A model generated the notes under the pieces. It was not told the origin of the DNA. It saw only the letters and a program-made list of their open reading frames with translations, and did no database searches. Shown piece by piece: positions 23,602 to 36,050 of a DNA stretch of 64,000 nt. The stretch is from Octopus sinensis (Eukaryota), in the NCBI RefSeq assembly GCF_006345805.1, contig NW_021833118.1, positions 1 to 64,000 of the forward strand, in the 5' to 3' direction. Position numbers and translations under genes: made by a program. Position 1 is the stretch's first letter. Each line of letters opens with the position of its first letter.

Positions 23602-25597
23602 ATGATTCACTTCAACGTAATTGTATTCCTCCTGGGGCTCTTATCACCATTAGTTTATTCTCATGGTTGTCGTATGGAAGACGACGTATGTGAGTTTAAG
23701 CTGGTAATTTCCTATAAATTAACTATGCTATACAATAAGATCTTGGTACTACCCCATAATGGAAAACTCTACAAATATGACGTCACTAATTTTACAAATG
23801 CTCAACCGATACCAACTGATAAAGTCATTACGATGGATGGTTTCTCTGAGTCAGTTAAGGTGATTACAGTAAATGGTACAGTTCCTGGACCAACGATAGA
23901 AGTTTATAAAGGACAAAGAGTCATCATTGAAGTAGAAAACCAATTATTTTCAGAAGGTACAACAATACATTGGCACGGCTTGCATCAAAGAGAAACATCA
24001 CATATGGATGGTGTACCTTGGGTTACACAGTGTCCAATTCAACCAGGTCAGTCGTTCAGATATGAATTTAATATTACACAAATTGGAACTTATTGGTACC
24101 ATTCTCATATTGGAACACAACGTACCATGGGAGTATTTGGTGCTTTGATACTACACGAAAAGACAAAACGTAAAATGGAAGAACATGTAATGGTAATCTC
24201 AGACTACAATCATGACTGGGATTCCGATATGAGTTTTTTAAAAGTTGGCATGGGACTTTATATGCATAAAAAAAAGGTTGATATTACCAGATCTGTTGAA
24301 GGAGGGCTTTTTAGTCTCTTTCAGTTCAATTCCGGAACTGTGAATGGTCGGGGCCGTTATTATGATGAGTCAGGGAAACATAATGAGGCTCCACTGACTG
24401 TCTTTGAAGTAGAATCAGGTAAAGAATATCGTTTTAGAGTGATCGCTGCAGGGGCTCTGTACCCATTTGAAGTATCTGTTGATGGTCACCAGATGGTAGT
24501 CATTGCCTCTGATGGTTATGACATAACACCAACACCTGTTGATTACTTTATCATCAACCCCGGTGAGAGATTTGACTTCACAATACATGCAAATAACTCT
24601 GTCGGAAATTACTGGATCCGCGGACAGACACTGCAAATGGGCAAAAATAATACATTTGAAGCAATTCTTCGATATAAAGGTGCACCGGTCGAAGAACCTA
24701 ACTCCACAGTTTCTGACTGCATTCAACAAAAGAACTGCACTTTACTCAACTGTCCCTTTCTTTATAATCCCCATAAAAGTGATAAACCATGTTTAACTTT
24801 TGGTGACTTAGAATCTAATTATCGAGATGTACCGCCTTTCCGGTCTGGAAAGTTTAAGGAACATTTTTTAAATTTTGCTTTTCCTGGTGAACCTGGGAAC
24901 ACACCTGCATCAATAAATGGTCGGGTGTTCGTGGAACCCACGGTAAACCCTTTAACACAACCAAATGAAATAGATAGTCCGTGTGATAAAGCCAACTGCG
25001 GTGTTGATAAAGTGTGTCGGTGTACTCATTCCATAAACCTGAAATTTGGTGATACAATTCAAGTTGTAATGACAAATCTGGGAAAAGGTAAAGGGTTCTC
25101 CCACCCTATACACATGCATGGACATTCATTTTATGTAGTTAAAATGGGATTTCCAAAATACAATGAAACAACGGGAAGAATAATAAATGATAGTACAGAT
25201 ATTGATTGCAGAGGTGATCCGAAAATGAACTATTGTAATGATGCGGCTTGGTCAAACAGTAAATGGGAGGGAGACAACATCCCCGGAATGAATTTACGAA
25301 ACCCTCCTCGAAAGGATGTAGTTATGGTCCCTACAGGTGGATACGTTGTAGTGAGAATACGGGCCGATAATCCTGGAATGTGGTTTGTGCACTGCCACAT
25401 TGAATTACACAGCAAGGAGGGAATGGCTCTTATTCTTAACGAATCTTTCGCTCGGTTGCCAGAAATGCCGGACAATCTCCCCGGGTGTCGTAGCTTCAAG
25501 AGAAGCGTTTACAACATAAGGAAAGATACTGGAAAGGATGACTGTAAGGACAGAAATGGTGAAGATGATAAGGATGATAAAGGTGATAATCATGGCG
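23602..25597 (+). CDS. Multicopper oxidase (laccase-like) gene A, large coding exon: signal peptide plus three cupredoxin domains
   Basis: ATG at 23602, 24 nt after an acceptor TTTTGTTATTTCAG (ends 23577). Signal peptide MIHFNVIVFLLGLLSPLVYS. Cu motifs HWHG, WYHSH, HPIHMHG and HCHIELHSKEGM (Met axial ligand) are intact. Phase-1 donor G|GTAAGG at 25598. Confidence 0.93.
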
Positions 25598-26033
25598 GTA
25601 AGGGATGTTATATTTTTATTGTTCTTTAATCTTTTCCTCGAGTTTCATCTCTTATTTTATAAATATTTTGAGAAGGCAAGACAGATGGGGTACTATCAGA
25701 TAGGTGGTGGAATAAAAGCAGTACTGTTCTTGAGAACGAGGTAGATTATGATTTCGTGATTTTAGAGATCGTGAGAAATGGCTGGAGAGAGAAGATGGAT
25801 GGAGGGAGTGAGAGATTGAATCGTTTGGCGATTATCATTTTGTTCAATGTCGTCGATCTGTTGTTGAAGACCTGAGTTGCTGCAGTTGTCGTTGTCGCTG
25901 TTGTATTCATCACCATGTTAACCATTGAGCTGACATGTCCAGAAATATATTTCAGCTTTTGTCATCACTTTTAAAAAAACTTTCTACACCACCCAACACT
26001 ACAATATCAAATGCATCCATTTCTAAATCGTTA

Positions 26034-26069
<36 letters not shown>

Positions 26070-27294
26070 GTCTACTCTTTATAGAGGGCAAGTAACAGCA
26101 CACGATCTTCTCTTGTTGGTTGGTCAGTGAACGAAGTTCATGTGGGTAACAAATACAGTTTAATTGGATCAGACTGAATTGTATCCTATTATCATTAAAA
26201 GCCAACTGCACCAGAGAACAAAATGACATTGATTATCAATAGATTAGGATACCTTCATCTATGATAAATCCTCGACTACCAATGACATCAGCTGATGCAA
26301 TAAATCAGTTTTGTTTTCTGCTATCAACTGCAAACGAAGATGAGATTCTCCGGGAATTTTAAAGGTGATTACTTTTTCCAGGTATTTCTTTAGTTTTGCC
26401 ATCAGGACACGGACGCACATACAATAAAGGAAACAACGTAAGTTCATTTCGTAAATTAGGATGAATACCTGTTCGTAAAGAGTTGCAGTCCTTTACTCTT
26501 GACCAATTTAGAAAATGATTGTGTGGAGAGAAAAGAATCCTGATGTTCGAGCAATGTTTTCCATCGTGGCAGTGCTGGTGGTGGTGATTGTGGTGGTGGT
26601 TGATCATCGTTGTTGCTAAAACTATATTTCGTATTACTATGTTATTATTCAAACTGTATACGTAAATCTATTGTGGATTTCCTAGCAGATTACGTGAATG
26701 AAAAACGAAAATCAATGACAAACTAATGTGTTACTAGTTGTTCTCTTTGGATTAAGTGAATTAATTTTGTTTCTGGAGGATTCTCAGTGTAATGTGTTGT
26801 ATTAGTTTGGCAACAAGGAAGTTATTCGTTGTAGGAACGCAATTCAATATTGACTGATGTATATCGCAGATGTACGGCTATGTTTCATGAGTGACGTCCT
26901 TAACTTGGAAAGCAAAACTACTACAAACGTTGCAAATAATAAACGAATAAACTCTTACTAGTGATCATTGGAATGGAAGTCATCACAATTATGGAGTGAT
27001 ACACTGAGAACAAACACGTATTGAAATTAAAATGGTACCAGTAGCTGCGTGTGCATGAATTATTTTTTGTCAGATGATGTGGAAACTGAAGAAACAAATG
27101 TATTTTTTACAGCAATAGGCTTATGGATAGAGTGCTAAATATTTAGAGAGTCTTAGTGGCATTTTTTGCTATTAGATCTTCCGTAATAGAGATATATTAT
27201 TTAATTATATTGTTACATAAGTGAGAGGGAAATGACTTCTTGAAATGCAACTGCCATTGAAGTTTTATATATTTTTATCTTCTGGTCACACATG

Positions 27295-27540
27295 TGGAGG
27301 TGCGTGGTTTAGTGGTTAGGGTGTTGGCCTCATGATCGTAAGATTGTAGTACCGATTCCTGGACCAGGTCACGCGTTGTTTTCTTGAGTAAAACACTTCG
27401 TTTAACTTTGCTCCACTTCACACTCAGCTGGGAAAAATGAGTAATCCTGCGACGGACCGGTGTCCTGTCAAAGCGGGGAATATATACGCCACAGAAACCG
27501 GAAAATCGTCCCTATGAGTTTATAGGACTCGAGAAGTAGA
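27295..27540 (+). mobile_element. tRNA-derived SINE (head H2 plus V-domain-like tail) in the gene A intron (mirror ~51555-51800)
   Basis: TGGTTTAGTGGTTAGGG..CGATTCCTGGACC..GAGTAATCCTGCGACGGACCGG..TACGCCACAGAAACC. Confidence 0.75.
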
Positions 27541-27965
27541 TTTACTACTATTTTTTACTACATATACCTAAAGTAGGGATCGGCAAACTATTTCAGATGT
27601 GGACTAGGTTGGGAATGTTTCGCTTTCTGAGGCAATACAAATAAAATGAAATGAAAATTAGACCATAGAGGGGTTTGCAAGTTCTAGCCATGACTGTACA
27701 TGTTTATATTCAGATACAGTAAATCAAGCGCATTATTTTTTAATGTACCCATTTTTTTTAACGTGGCACAGAGTAATTCAAGGAGATTTGGTTGCTATTT
27801 CAGAAAATATATCTTTGTTCTTATTCCTAACAGGTGAAGTTCGTAGGTTACTTTTGGGGTGTTTAATGCGCAGTTCGAATTCGTTCCTCGCAAGAAAATG
27901 CATTATTGAAATAAATAAATAAACTTATGAAATATTTCATTATATAATAATGAGCGAAGTGTATC

Positions 27966-28004
<39 letters not shown>

Positions 28005-28683
28005 CAAAATCCCTCAGAAGGGAGTGGGAGAAAGAATAATATAAGTGAAGGGAGAGGAGAGAAAATAGTAATTCAGTGAAGGAGAAATAGGGAGAGTAAT
28101 AGCCATAACTGAGAGGGAGTGAGAAAAAATAACAGCAATGTAAGAGAGGAAGTGGTAAAGAGAGTGTTGTGTATCTTATCTTCTACTATAATAATACTCT
28201 TGTGTATTTCTCCGTCACAACATATGAATAAGAAGGGAAGGGGTGATAGATGATTAAGGAAAGAAGGGGTGAGGGCAAACTTGGTAGTGGGATGATAGAA
28301 GTCCTATGGTGAAGAAAAAATCAAACAGCGTTTCAACTTTGCGTGAGTATGTGTGTGTGTATATAAAAGGAAGTCATGGAAATGTGTGTGTGTGTGTGTG
28401 CGTGTGTGTGTGTGTGAGAGTGCAATGAAAGTGGGATGGTAAACATTCAACGCTGAAAAGAAAAATCAAACAGCGTTTCAACTCTGTGTGAATATATTTG
28501 TGTAAGCGTCTGCGTGGACAAGGAAAGTGTGTGAATGTATGTATCTGTGATTATTATGTACCTTATTTATATAAAAAATACTAATTTTTGACGGCACGGG
28601 GCCGGCTAGTCTTTTTTTTTTTATTTTTTGCTATTTGTATATCTACCTAATAAACTCAATATTGTATTTCTTTTCCTTTACAG

Positions 28684-28799
28684 TTGCAGACGACTACACA
28701 GTACGAGTGGCACTTGGAGTTCTAATCGCTGTCGTCTGTATCCTGGCCATTCTTGTTGTTGTTCTTGTGTTCCTTGTTATAAGGAAGCAAAAGAATTAA
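28684..28799 (+). CDS. Predicted terminal transmembrane exon of gene A
   Basis: Polypyrimidine acceptor TATTTCTTTTCCTTTACAG. In phase 1 it reads VADDYTVR-VALGVLIAVVCILAILVVVLVFLVI-RKQKN*. Spliced CDS is 1996+116=2112 nt (703 aa). Not confirmed by transcript. Confidence 0.8.
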
Positions 28800-28920
28800 C
28801 TTTGAAAATCACCTGAAATCAATACGATCATAGATAGCAGTGGGGGAGAGTGGGGTGGGGGCGAATCTAAGATGTGCTAGAGTAATTTTGTGGGGTCTGT
28901 AAGTGCATAGTGTAAGGTTC

Positions 28921-29255
28921 GAGTGGGGTTTGGTAACTGATGTGTGTCGTGGGTCATGTATGTACTTGGTGGTATATAGTACATATAGTGTATTAGTAAT
29001 AGTATATAGTGTGATACAACACAATTACGACGGCATTATTAATTTTACATTATTACTACACTATTATTAATGTGGTGTGTGTGTGTGTGTATTTGTGTGT
29101 GTGTCTGTGTGTGTTGAGTGGGGTTTGGTAACTGATGTGTGTCGTGGGTTATGGATGTACTTGCTGGTATATAGTACAGATAGTGTATTAGTGATACAAC
29201 ACCATTACGACGGCATTATTAATTTTGCATTATTACTACACTATTATTAATGTGT
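28921..29255. repeat. Two-copy ~190 bp tandem duplication downstream of the TM exon (mirror ~49825-50160)
   Basis: GAGTGGGGTTTGGTAACTGATGTGTGTCGTGGG..ATTACGACGGCATTATTAATTTT starts at 28921 and again near 29116. Confidence 0.8.
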
Positions 29256-29303
29256 GTGTGTGTGTGAGCGTGTGTGTCTGATAGTGTAGTAATAATGGTA
29301 TTT

Positions 29304-29694
29304 GTGGAGGCGCAATGGCCCAGTGGTTAGGGCAGCGGACTCGCGGTTATAGGATCGCGGTTTCGATTCCCAGACCGGGCGTTCTTAGTGTTTATTGAGC
29401 GAAAACACCTAAAAAAGCTCCACGAGGCTCCGGTAGGGGATGGTGGTGATCCCTGCTGTACTCTTTCACCACAACTTTCTCTCACTCTTACTTCCTGTTT
29501 CTGTTGTACCTGTATTTCAAGGGGCCGGCCTTGTCACTCTCTGTGTCACGCTGAATATCCCCGAGAACTACGTTAAAGGTGCACGTGTCTGTGGAGTGCT
29601 CAGCCACTTACACGTTAATTTCACGAGCAGGCTGTTCCGTTGATTCGGATCAACCGGAACCCTCATCGTCGTAACCGACGGAGTACTTCCATCC
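29304..29694 (+). mobile_element. Full-length tRNA-derived SINE with 13 bp TSD (mirror 49388-49777)
   Basis: A box TGGCCCAGTGG, B box GGTTTCGATTCCC, TSD AATAATGGTATTT at 29291-29303 and 29695-29707. Confidence 0.9.
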
Positions 29695-30639
29695 AATAAT
29701 GGTATTTATTCATAATTAGTGAAAGCTGTCTTCATTGACGTTTAACTCTAGGTTCGAACCTATTGAATAGCCACGACCATCCCGTCTGGTATGTAAATAA
29801 TTCTTCTAGGATTACGTTATCTATCATGTCCAGTTTTTGCTTTAGAACGGAGGTAGATTTTTGACATCTAATTTTATCAACTCGAGTTGACGCGTAAATA
29901 TCCACTCGTTGAGATCGTATAACCATTGAAGTAAATTGTGGGTTTCTTTATGTTAATCTAACAATTATAAACGCTGTTTTGTCCAGAGCATTGGTATTTA
30001 ATAGTTGTAGACAGCAGAAGTGAAGCGTATATACTAAAAGAGTTAATGAGTGATACTGAAAGGGTAGAAGTATGATTCGAACCATTATCCTCAAGCTTAT
30101 AACTAATACAATGTTTTAATAAAAGCGCGTTTGTATAAGATGTATATGTGTGTGTGTGTGTGTTCTTATTTCACAAAACAGTTGAAATAAATTTCTAGTA
30201 TCAACTTCTCTATTGATATATTCAAATACACCTTTTATGATAACAAATATATGCAATGTCACTAATAATCTCATGTCCAAAAATTTCTTGAAGGCTGTTT
30301 ATATTATTGGTTGCTATTAAAAGTCTTCGGTATTCAGCCTTATCTGGATTTTAAAATACAGTGATCATGTTTTGGTTTAAATCTGCCGCCTGTTCCGATA
30401 TGTAAGTTCGTACATCAGATATTCGGTTCAGCCTAAATTTAAATTACTTACGTGACATAACTCTCCATTTTTCCAGTTTTAGTTATCTCTCTTGTTACTT
30501 CGAACTGTTGATTTCTGTTCATAGTTGGTTTCTTGTTTTATGGCTTCACTTGATGGTTTCGGACACTTATTTCGCTGCGAGGGTGAAGCCCATATCAGTC
30601 ACGTGATATCTTAAAACCTTCCAGAATCGTTAGTATGCC

Positions 30640-30830
30640 GGACAAAATGCTAAGCGGCTTTTCGTCTGCCTTTATGTTCTAAAATCAAATTCCGCCGAGA
30701 TTAACTTTGCCGTGCCATTCATCCTTTCAGAGTCGATAAAATAAGTACGGGTTGAGTACTGGTATAAACGTAACAGATTTAGCCCTACCCCTTAAATTGC
30801 AGGCGTTGTGCCAATATTTGAAACCATTCT
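30640..30830 (+). mobile_element. Degenerate SINE, Nin/Deu-like (mirror ~48240-48440)
   Basis: CAAATTCCGCCGAGATTAACTTTGCC..TTCATCCTTTCAGAGTCGATAAAATAAGTAC. Confidence 0.7.
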
Positions 30831-31454
30831 CCAAATCCTTACTTTTCGCTGATTAAACAGTTTAAAACATACCGCGTAAAAAACTATTTTCGGAAGTAAG
30901 GACAATAATGGATTTCCCCTTAAGGCTACATGGCGGTGTAAACCATAGTATATTGCCATTGTTATTGCAGTCTTATTGTTTTAGACAGCAGGAAGATAGT
31001 GATAACTGTAAAAATAAAAAAAAGTTATGTCAATGCTCCCCAAACCGAATCGCTGGCATACTAAACTACAGTCTAGGTAGAAAAAGAAGTATTTAGGCTG
31101 AACAAAGAATACATAGGCAATACTTTTTTTCCTTTTGCTTCATCAGAATGTGCTAATTGCTTTTTGAATACAAATATATACATAGTTGAGGTGTGAACGA
31201 ATCTAGATGTAAAACGGCGAAAAGACGTGTAAAAGAAATGTGAGAGAGGATGAATAGGATACCCAGCAAGGAGAAGGTTAGATTAAACTAGTGATGTCCT
31301 GTTACCTGGATAGCTAAGATTATAATTACAAAATTAGAAAATACTGAGGTGATTCAATTGTTTTAATTGACATAGAAACATATTTAATGGGTTTAAAAAT
31401 TGAATATGAATAATAGCTTCATAACGATTTTAATAGTGTATTAAGATATTTCAA

Positions 31455-31678
31455 AGAGAGAGAGAGAGAGAGAGACAGACAGAGAGAGACAGAGAACTTA
31501 AATCAGAAAATGAATCGCAGACTAAAAGGTCAGATATATAGCATATGACATGTTCTAGAAATAACGTTAATTTGGGTGAGAGAGTGAGTGAATGAGAGAG
31601 AGGGAGAGAGAGAGACACAGAGAGAGAGAGACAGACAGACAGGCATACAGACAGACAAATAAATGGATAGACAGATAT

Positions 31679-31709
<31 letters not shown>

Positions 31710-31714
31710 TATAT

Positions 31715-31757
<43 letters not shown>

Positions 31758-32015
31758 TTAAATCAGTAAATGAATCGTAGACTAAAAGGTCAGATAGATA
31801 GCATATAACAGATGTTTTAGAAATAGCGTTAAATTGGGTAAGAGAGTGAGTGAATGAGAGAGAGGGAGAAGGAGAGACAGACAGACAGACAGGGAGAGAC
31901 AGACAGACAGGGAGAGACAGACAGACAGGGAGAGACAGGGTGAGAGAGACAAAAAGAGACAGACAGAGAAGGCAGACAGAAGAGACAGACAGGCATACAG
32001 ACAGACAAATAATGA

Positions 32016-32084
<69 letters not shown>

Positions 32085-32107
32085 TAGACAGATATATAGA
32101 TAGATAG

Positions 32108-32147
<40 letters not shown>

Positions 32148-32150
32148 TAA
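31455..32150. repeat. Compound GA/GACA/GATA microsatellite with internal two-copy duplication (mirror ~46935-47620)
   Basis: GAGAACTTAAATCAG..TGAATCG..GACTAAAAGGTCAGAT..GAGAGTGAGTGAATGAGAG occurs near 31492 and 31752. Confidence 0.85.
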
Positions 32151-33343
32151 AATAAAAAAGATATACGCTTTATAAATGGATTGTTTTCTGTAATCTTTGT
32201 ATTCTATTCGCCCCGTCGACGGCGGGTTATCGTAAATATTTTATGATTCATCTTAACTTCCACAGAAATTGAAGAGTAATATGATGCTTTTTAAGCTGCT
32301 AACTTGTAATTCTCAGTGCATTACTTTTCCTTTTAATGATAATCATTGTAGAGGCGCATAACTATATTATTGTAGTCACTAATATTGAATCTACAAGTTT
32401 CTATGGTGATTAAAACAACTGCATCCCATCATAAATTTAATTATTAGTCTTAGTGGCTGAACTACAAGAAAGCGCTCAAATAACTTACCTTCCCACACCA
32501 TTGAACAGCGGTATTTTCTGCTTTCAACTTCATTCCTCCCAGCATTTTTCATCTTATTACAACAACTTCATACAAAGTTCCATTATTTAAAAATTGTAAC
32601 TAATTCTCAAGTACCGAAAGGGGAAATCTGCGATCACTGTAAATTTGGGAAAATCTTAAAAATATATATTTGTATTATTATGCAGACCGTCATTTGTTGT
32701 TTGTACCAAAACACAATACACATTATTGTATTGAAAACACGACTGTGTTCTAGTTTCATTTTTTGTAGAGAGACTATTATTTTTAATATTTTCGTATAAA
32801 ATACATGTTGCTCGTATGAAAAAAGTAAATACCCCAAATCCACCATAAAAGTTTCCATATCTTACATTCATAGTCTCATTTACATCTTGAGTTAAGGCTG
32901 GTACACAACACATTGGCGATTATTCATATTAGGATGGATACTATGGTAATGTAAATATTATCACCCGTAGTGATAATTTTAGTGTTGGATTTATATGTTA
33001 TCAGTCAAGTATTCTTATGTTGCTTGTCATGCATGTACATGGCATGCAAGACCAGTTTGGCATTGTGCTGTTAAGAAGAATGATTCCATAATTTCTCCAA
33101 ATGCAAATATATTAAAACGCGTTCATAAAAGAGAAAGGAGAAAAGAAAAAAGATGTATTTTGAACACTAATGTGTTCTGAAAATCGCGTTGAAAACGATA
33201 AAGCTTTTCCTCAATTTGAACAATGACAAATATATATTTTTATACATGAATTTTTGTAATACCCGTTGCGAGTTCCTGATATATTAATAATCTGATTTTC
33301 ATTTCTGTTTTATAATACTAAAAACTATATATATATACCATGT

Positions 33344-33374
<31 letters not shown>

Positions 33375-33952
33375 GTATGTATGTATGTATGTATATATGA
33401 ATATATATATATAGGTGTTAAATGACCACCTAAGGATATTAAATATTCAAAGAATTTACTGTCTTTTTGCCGATATAAATAACAATGTTATGACCTATTG
33501 CTCTTAACAAATAGGTAAATAAATAAATAAAATAAACATACAGAAATATATATTAGAAATGGAAACCAAAATAATAAATTCAACAATAAAATAATTCAAT
33601 CTTTAAATGATAAATTCAGTTCAATTTTATTTTGTGATACAAACAAATAACTCATGTAGTAAATTAGCTGATGCCACACCATTGATAAAAGCAAGTTTTT
33701 CAAGAATAATGAAACATCGTTTGAAATATAATGAGATTTCATCAGATAGATATATCTTCTTAAATGCCTTACGAAAAATAGCGCATGAAAATTTTTCTAA
33801 CTGCTAACGCTTTTAAAAAAAAAAAACCTTTTAAAGAGCGAGTCCAATCGTAAATAAATAATCTAACTGAAAGTTCGTAAATTCCTAAATTTAAATCTAT
33901 TAGTATCTAGTTCTATAACCGATTTTGTTGCATAATACATACATTCATATAG

Positions 33953-33994
<42 letters not shown>

Positions 33995-34183
33995 GCACAA
34001 ATACGTACACCACTCTATTTTTGTATATATACATACACATACACGTACGTCTACATACATGCATATTCATATGTACAAGTTTACTTATTCATACACACAC
34101 ACACTCATATATATATACATACATACATACATACATACATACATACACACACACACAGACGCACATATATATATATATATATA

Positions 34184-34385
34184 TTATTTTAAGCAGCAGA
34201 AAATTCAACAAAATCTGTTACTCTGAGTTTCTCGTTGCCGTTCATCAGACAGATGAACGGCAACGAGAAACTCAGAGTAACAGATTTTGCTGAATTTTCT
34301 GCTGCTTAAAATAAAGCATATTACTCTACCACTGGTATTTGAGTACTCTTTTTTCCACCTTGTTTCACATTTATGTGTTTACTCC

Positions 34386-34390
<5 letters not shown>
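34184..34390. mobile_element. Fold-back Penelope-pLTR mini-element between TA runs, left arm only
   Basis: 63 bp inverted arms (34184-34246 and 34252-34314, one mismatch, loop AGACA) followed by a tail homologous to the pLTR at 9826-9900. Absent at the mirror site near 44870. Confidence 0.7.
34214..34252 (-). ncRNA. Minimal hammerhead ribozyme-like motif
   Basis: Minus strand CTGT | CTGATGA | A-CG-GCAA-CG-A | GAAAC-TCAGA-GTA | ACAG has an intact CUGAUGA and GAAA core, a 4 bp stem I, a short stem II with GNRA loop, and a GUA triplet. Confidence 0.6.
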
Positions 34391-34429
<39 letters not shown>

Positions 34430-35587
34430 ATTATATATATATATATTTAAATGTATACATATGCAAGTCCATACACACATGTATATATATTTATGGTAAA
34501 ACATTAGTTTATATTTTAATTCAAATCTAAATAAAGAGATTTATAATATAAATTAAACTTACAACTTATTCAAGTCATACTTTAAAGTAAATAGAGGGGA
34601 AATAACTATTTTTCCATTTTCAGAAACAAAACGAACGAAATTAACATTTTTACATATGATGTTTTGTAATACTTATTATGATTTGTTGTTAAATAAAATA
34701 TTTACATTTTAATATTACTTGTTAGTTTTTATTACTGAAATAAACAGTTTACATTTGTGTCTCAAGTCCCAGATATGGTTAACTTATCTTGTGGTTTTTC
34801 TCTTATCCATATGCCGGAAGGACGTATGCACGCTACGCACCATAAGATCATCGTGGAACGATTCATTCCATGCGTTAATAGACAAAGGAAATGCAGACTT
34901 TGTTTAGCCGAAAGATCTATCCTTTTTAGATCTGAGATATTTATTAAAAATTCACAAGTTTCTTTTGTTGAACGGGAGGACACCATCCTCTTCGGTTTAA
35001 GCATACAGTCTCACAAACTATGACTTTCTCCCTGTTACATTAATTTATACACAAACCGTTTTAGAATTGATTCGAATGGGCACAAAGGACGCAACTTTTA
35101 AATTTCTGGGGTTTTTTTCTCATCCACTTTTATTTGACCCTCTCCCTCTAGTCGTTTCTCATGTTCTTTCTGTTTTCATCAGATCTATAAGAGATTAGGG
35201 TGGGATACCAATCAGGAGTTCAGATTGCCGAGGAAGATTATATGAGCGTTTAACGGCCTTTCGTGTGCAAAAAATGACCTTGAATTTTAAATGGACATTC
35301 ACTTCCTTCATCAGCTTGATTGCACCCCTTTTGCTTACTCGAATAAATTATTATATGGTTTGTGTAAATTGCTTCACAGGGAGAAGCTAAAGTTTGTGAG
35401 ACTGCATACTTAATTCAGAGAGGGTGGTATTCTCCAGTTCAACAAAATAAATTTGTCCATGTTTACATTTACTAAAAATCTCAGATCTGGAATTCTTGTC
35501 TCAATTACGAAAGTACATATAAACTCTTTATACTTATGCATGCATACATGTGTGTGTGTGTGTGTTTGTAGAAAACAAAAACGAAGG

Positions 35588-35744
35588 ATTGGCTGTGTTG
35601 TAAGTAGCTTGCTTACCAACCACATAGTTCCAGGTTCAGTCCCACTGCGTGGCACCTTGGGCAAGTGTCTTCTACTATAGCCTCGGGCCGACCAAGGCCT
35701 TGTGAGTGGATTTGGTAGACGGAAAGTGAAAGAAGGCCGTCGTA

Positions 35745-35827
<83 letters not shown>

Positions 35828-36050
35828 GTGTGTGTGTGAGTTTTTGTATGTTTGTGTGTCTGTGTTTGTCCCCCCAACATCGCTTAGCAACCGATGCTGG
35901 TGTGTTTACGTCCCCGTAACTTAGCGGTTCGGCAAAACAGACCGATTGAATAAGTACTAGGCTTTCAAAGAATAAGTCCTGGGGTCGATTTGCTCGACTA
36001 AAGGCGGTGCTCCAGCATGGCCACAGTCACATGACTGAAACAAATAAAAG
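35588..36050 (+). mobile_element. CORE-like SINE (mirror ~43285-43710)
   Basis: GGCTGTGTTGTAAGTAGCTTGC..GGTTCAGTCCCACTGCGTGGCACCTTGGGCAAGTGTC..GCTCCAGCATGGCCACAGTCACATGACTGAAAC. Confidence 0.9.

Noticed and set aside
23602-25629. Horizontal transfer from bacteria or fungi suggested by the intronless ORF
   Set aside because: Flanking spliceosomal sites, a secretory signal, many N-glycosylation sequons and host-like AT-rich codons give no support. Only a phylogeny could revive the idea.
29304-29380. tRNA-like A and B boxes here and at 16571, 27295, 35588 and mirrors
   Set aside because: Each continues into a repeated SINE body, some with TSDs, and lacks a clean cloverleaf. They are SINE heads, not tRNA genes.
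32211-32228. GC-rich micro-palindrome CCGTCGACGG in AT-rich DNA (mirror near 46860)
   Set aside because: Ten base pairs is too short to distinguish from chance, and there is no supporting context.
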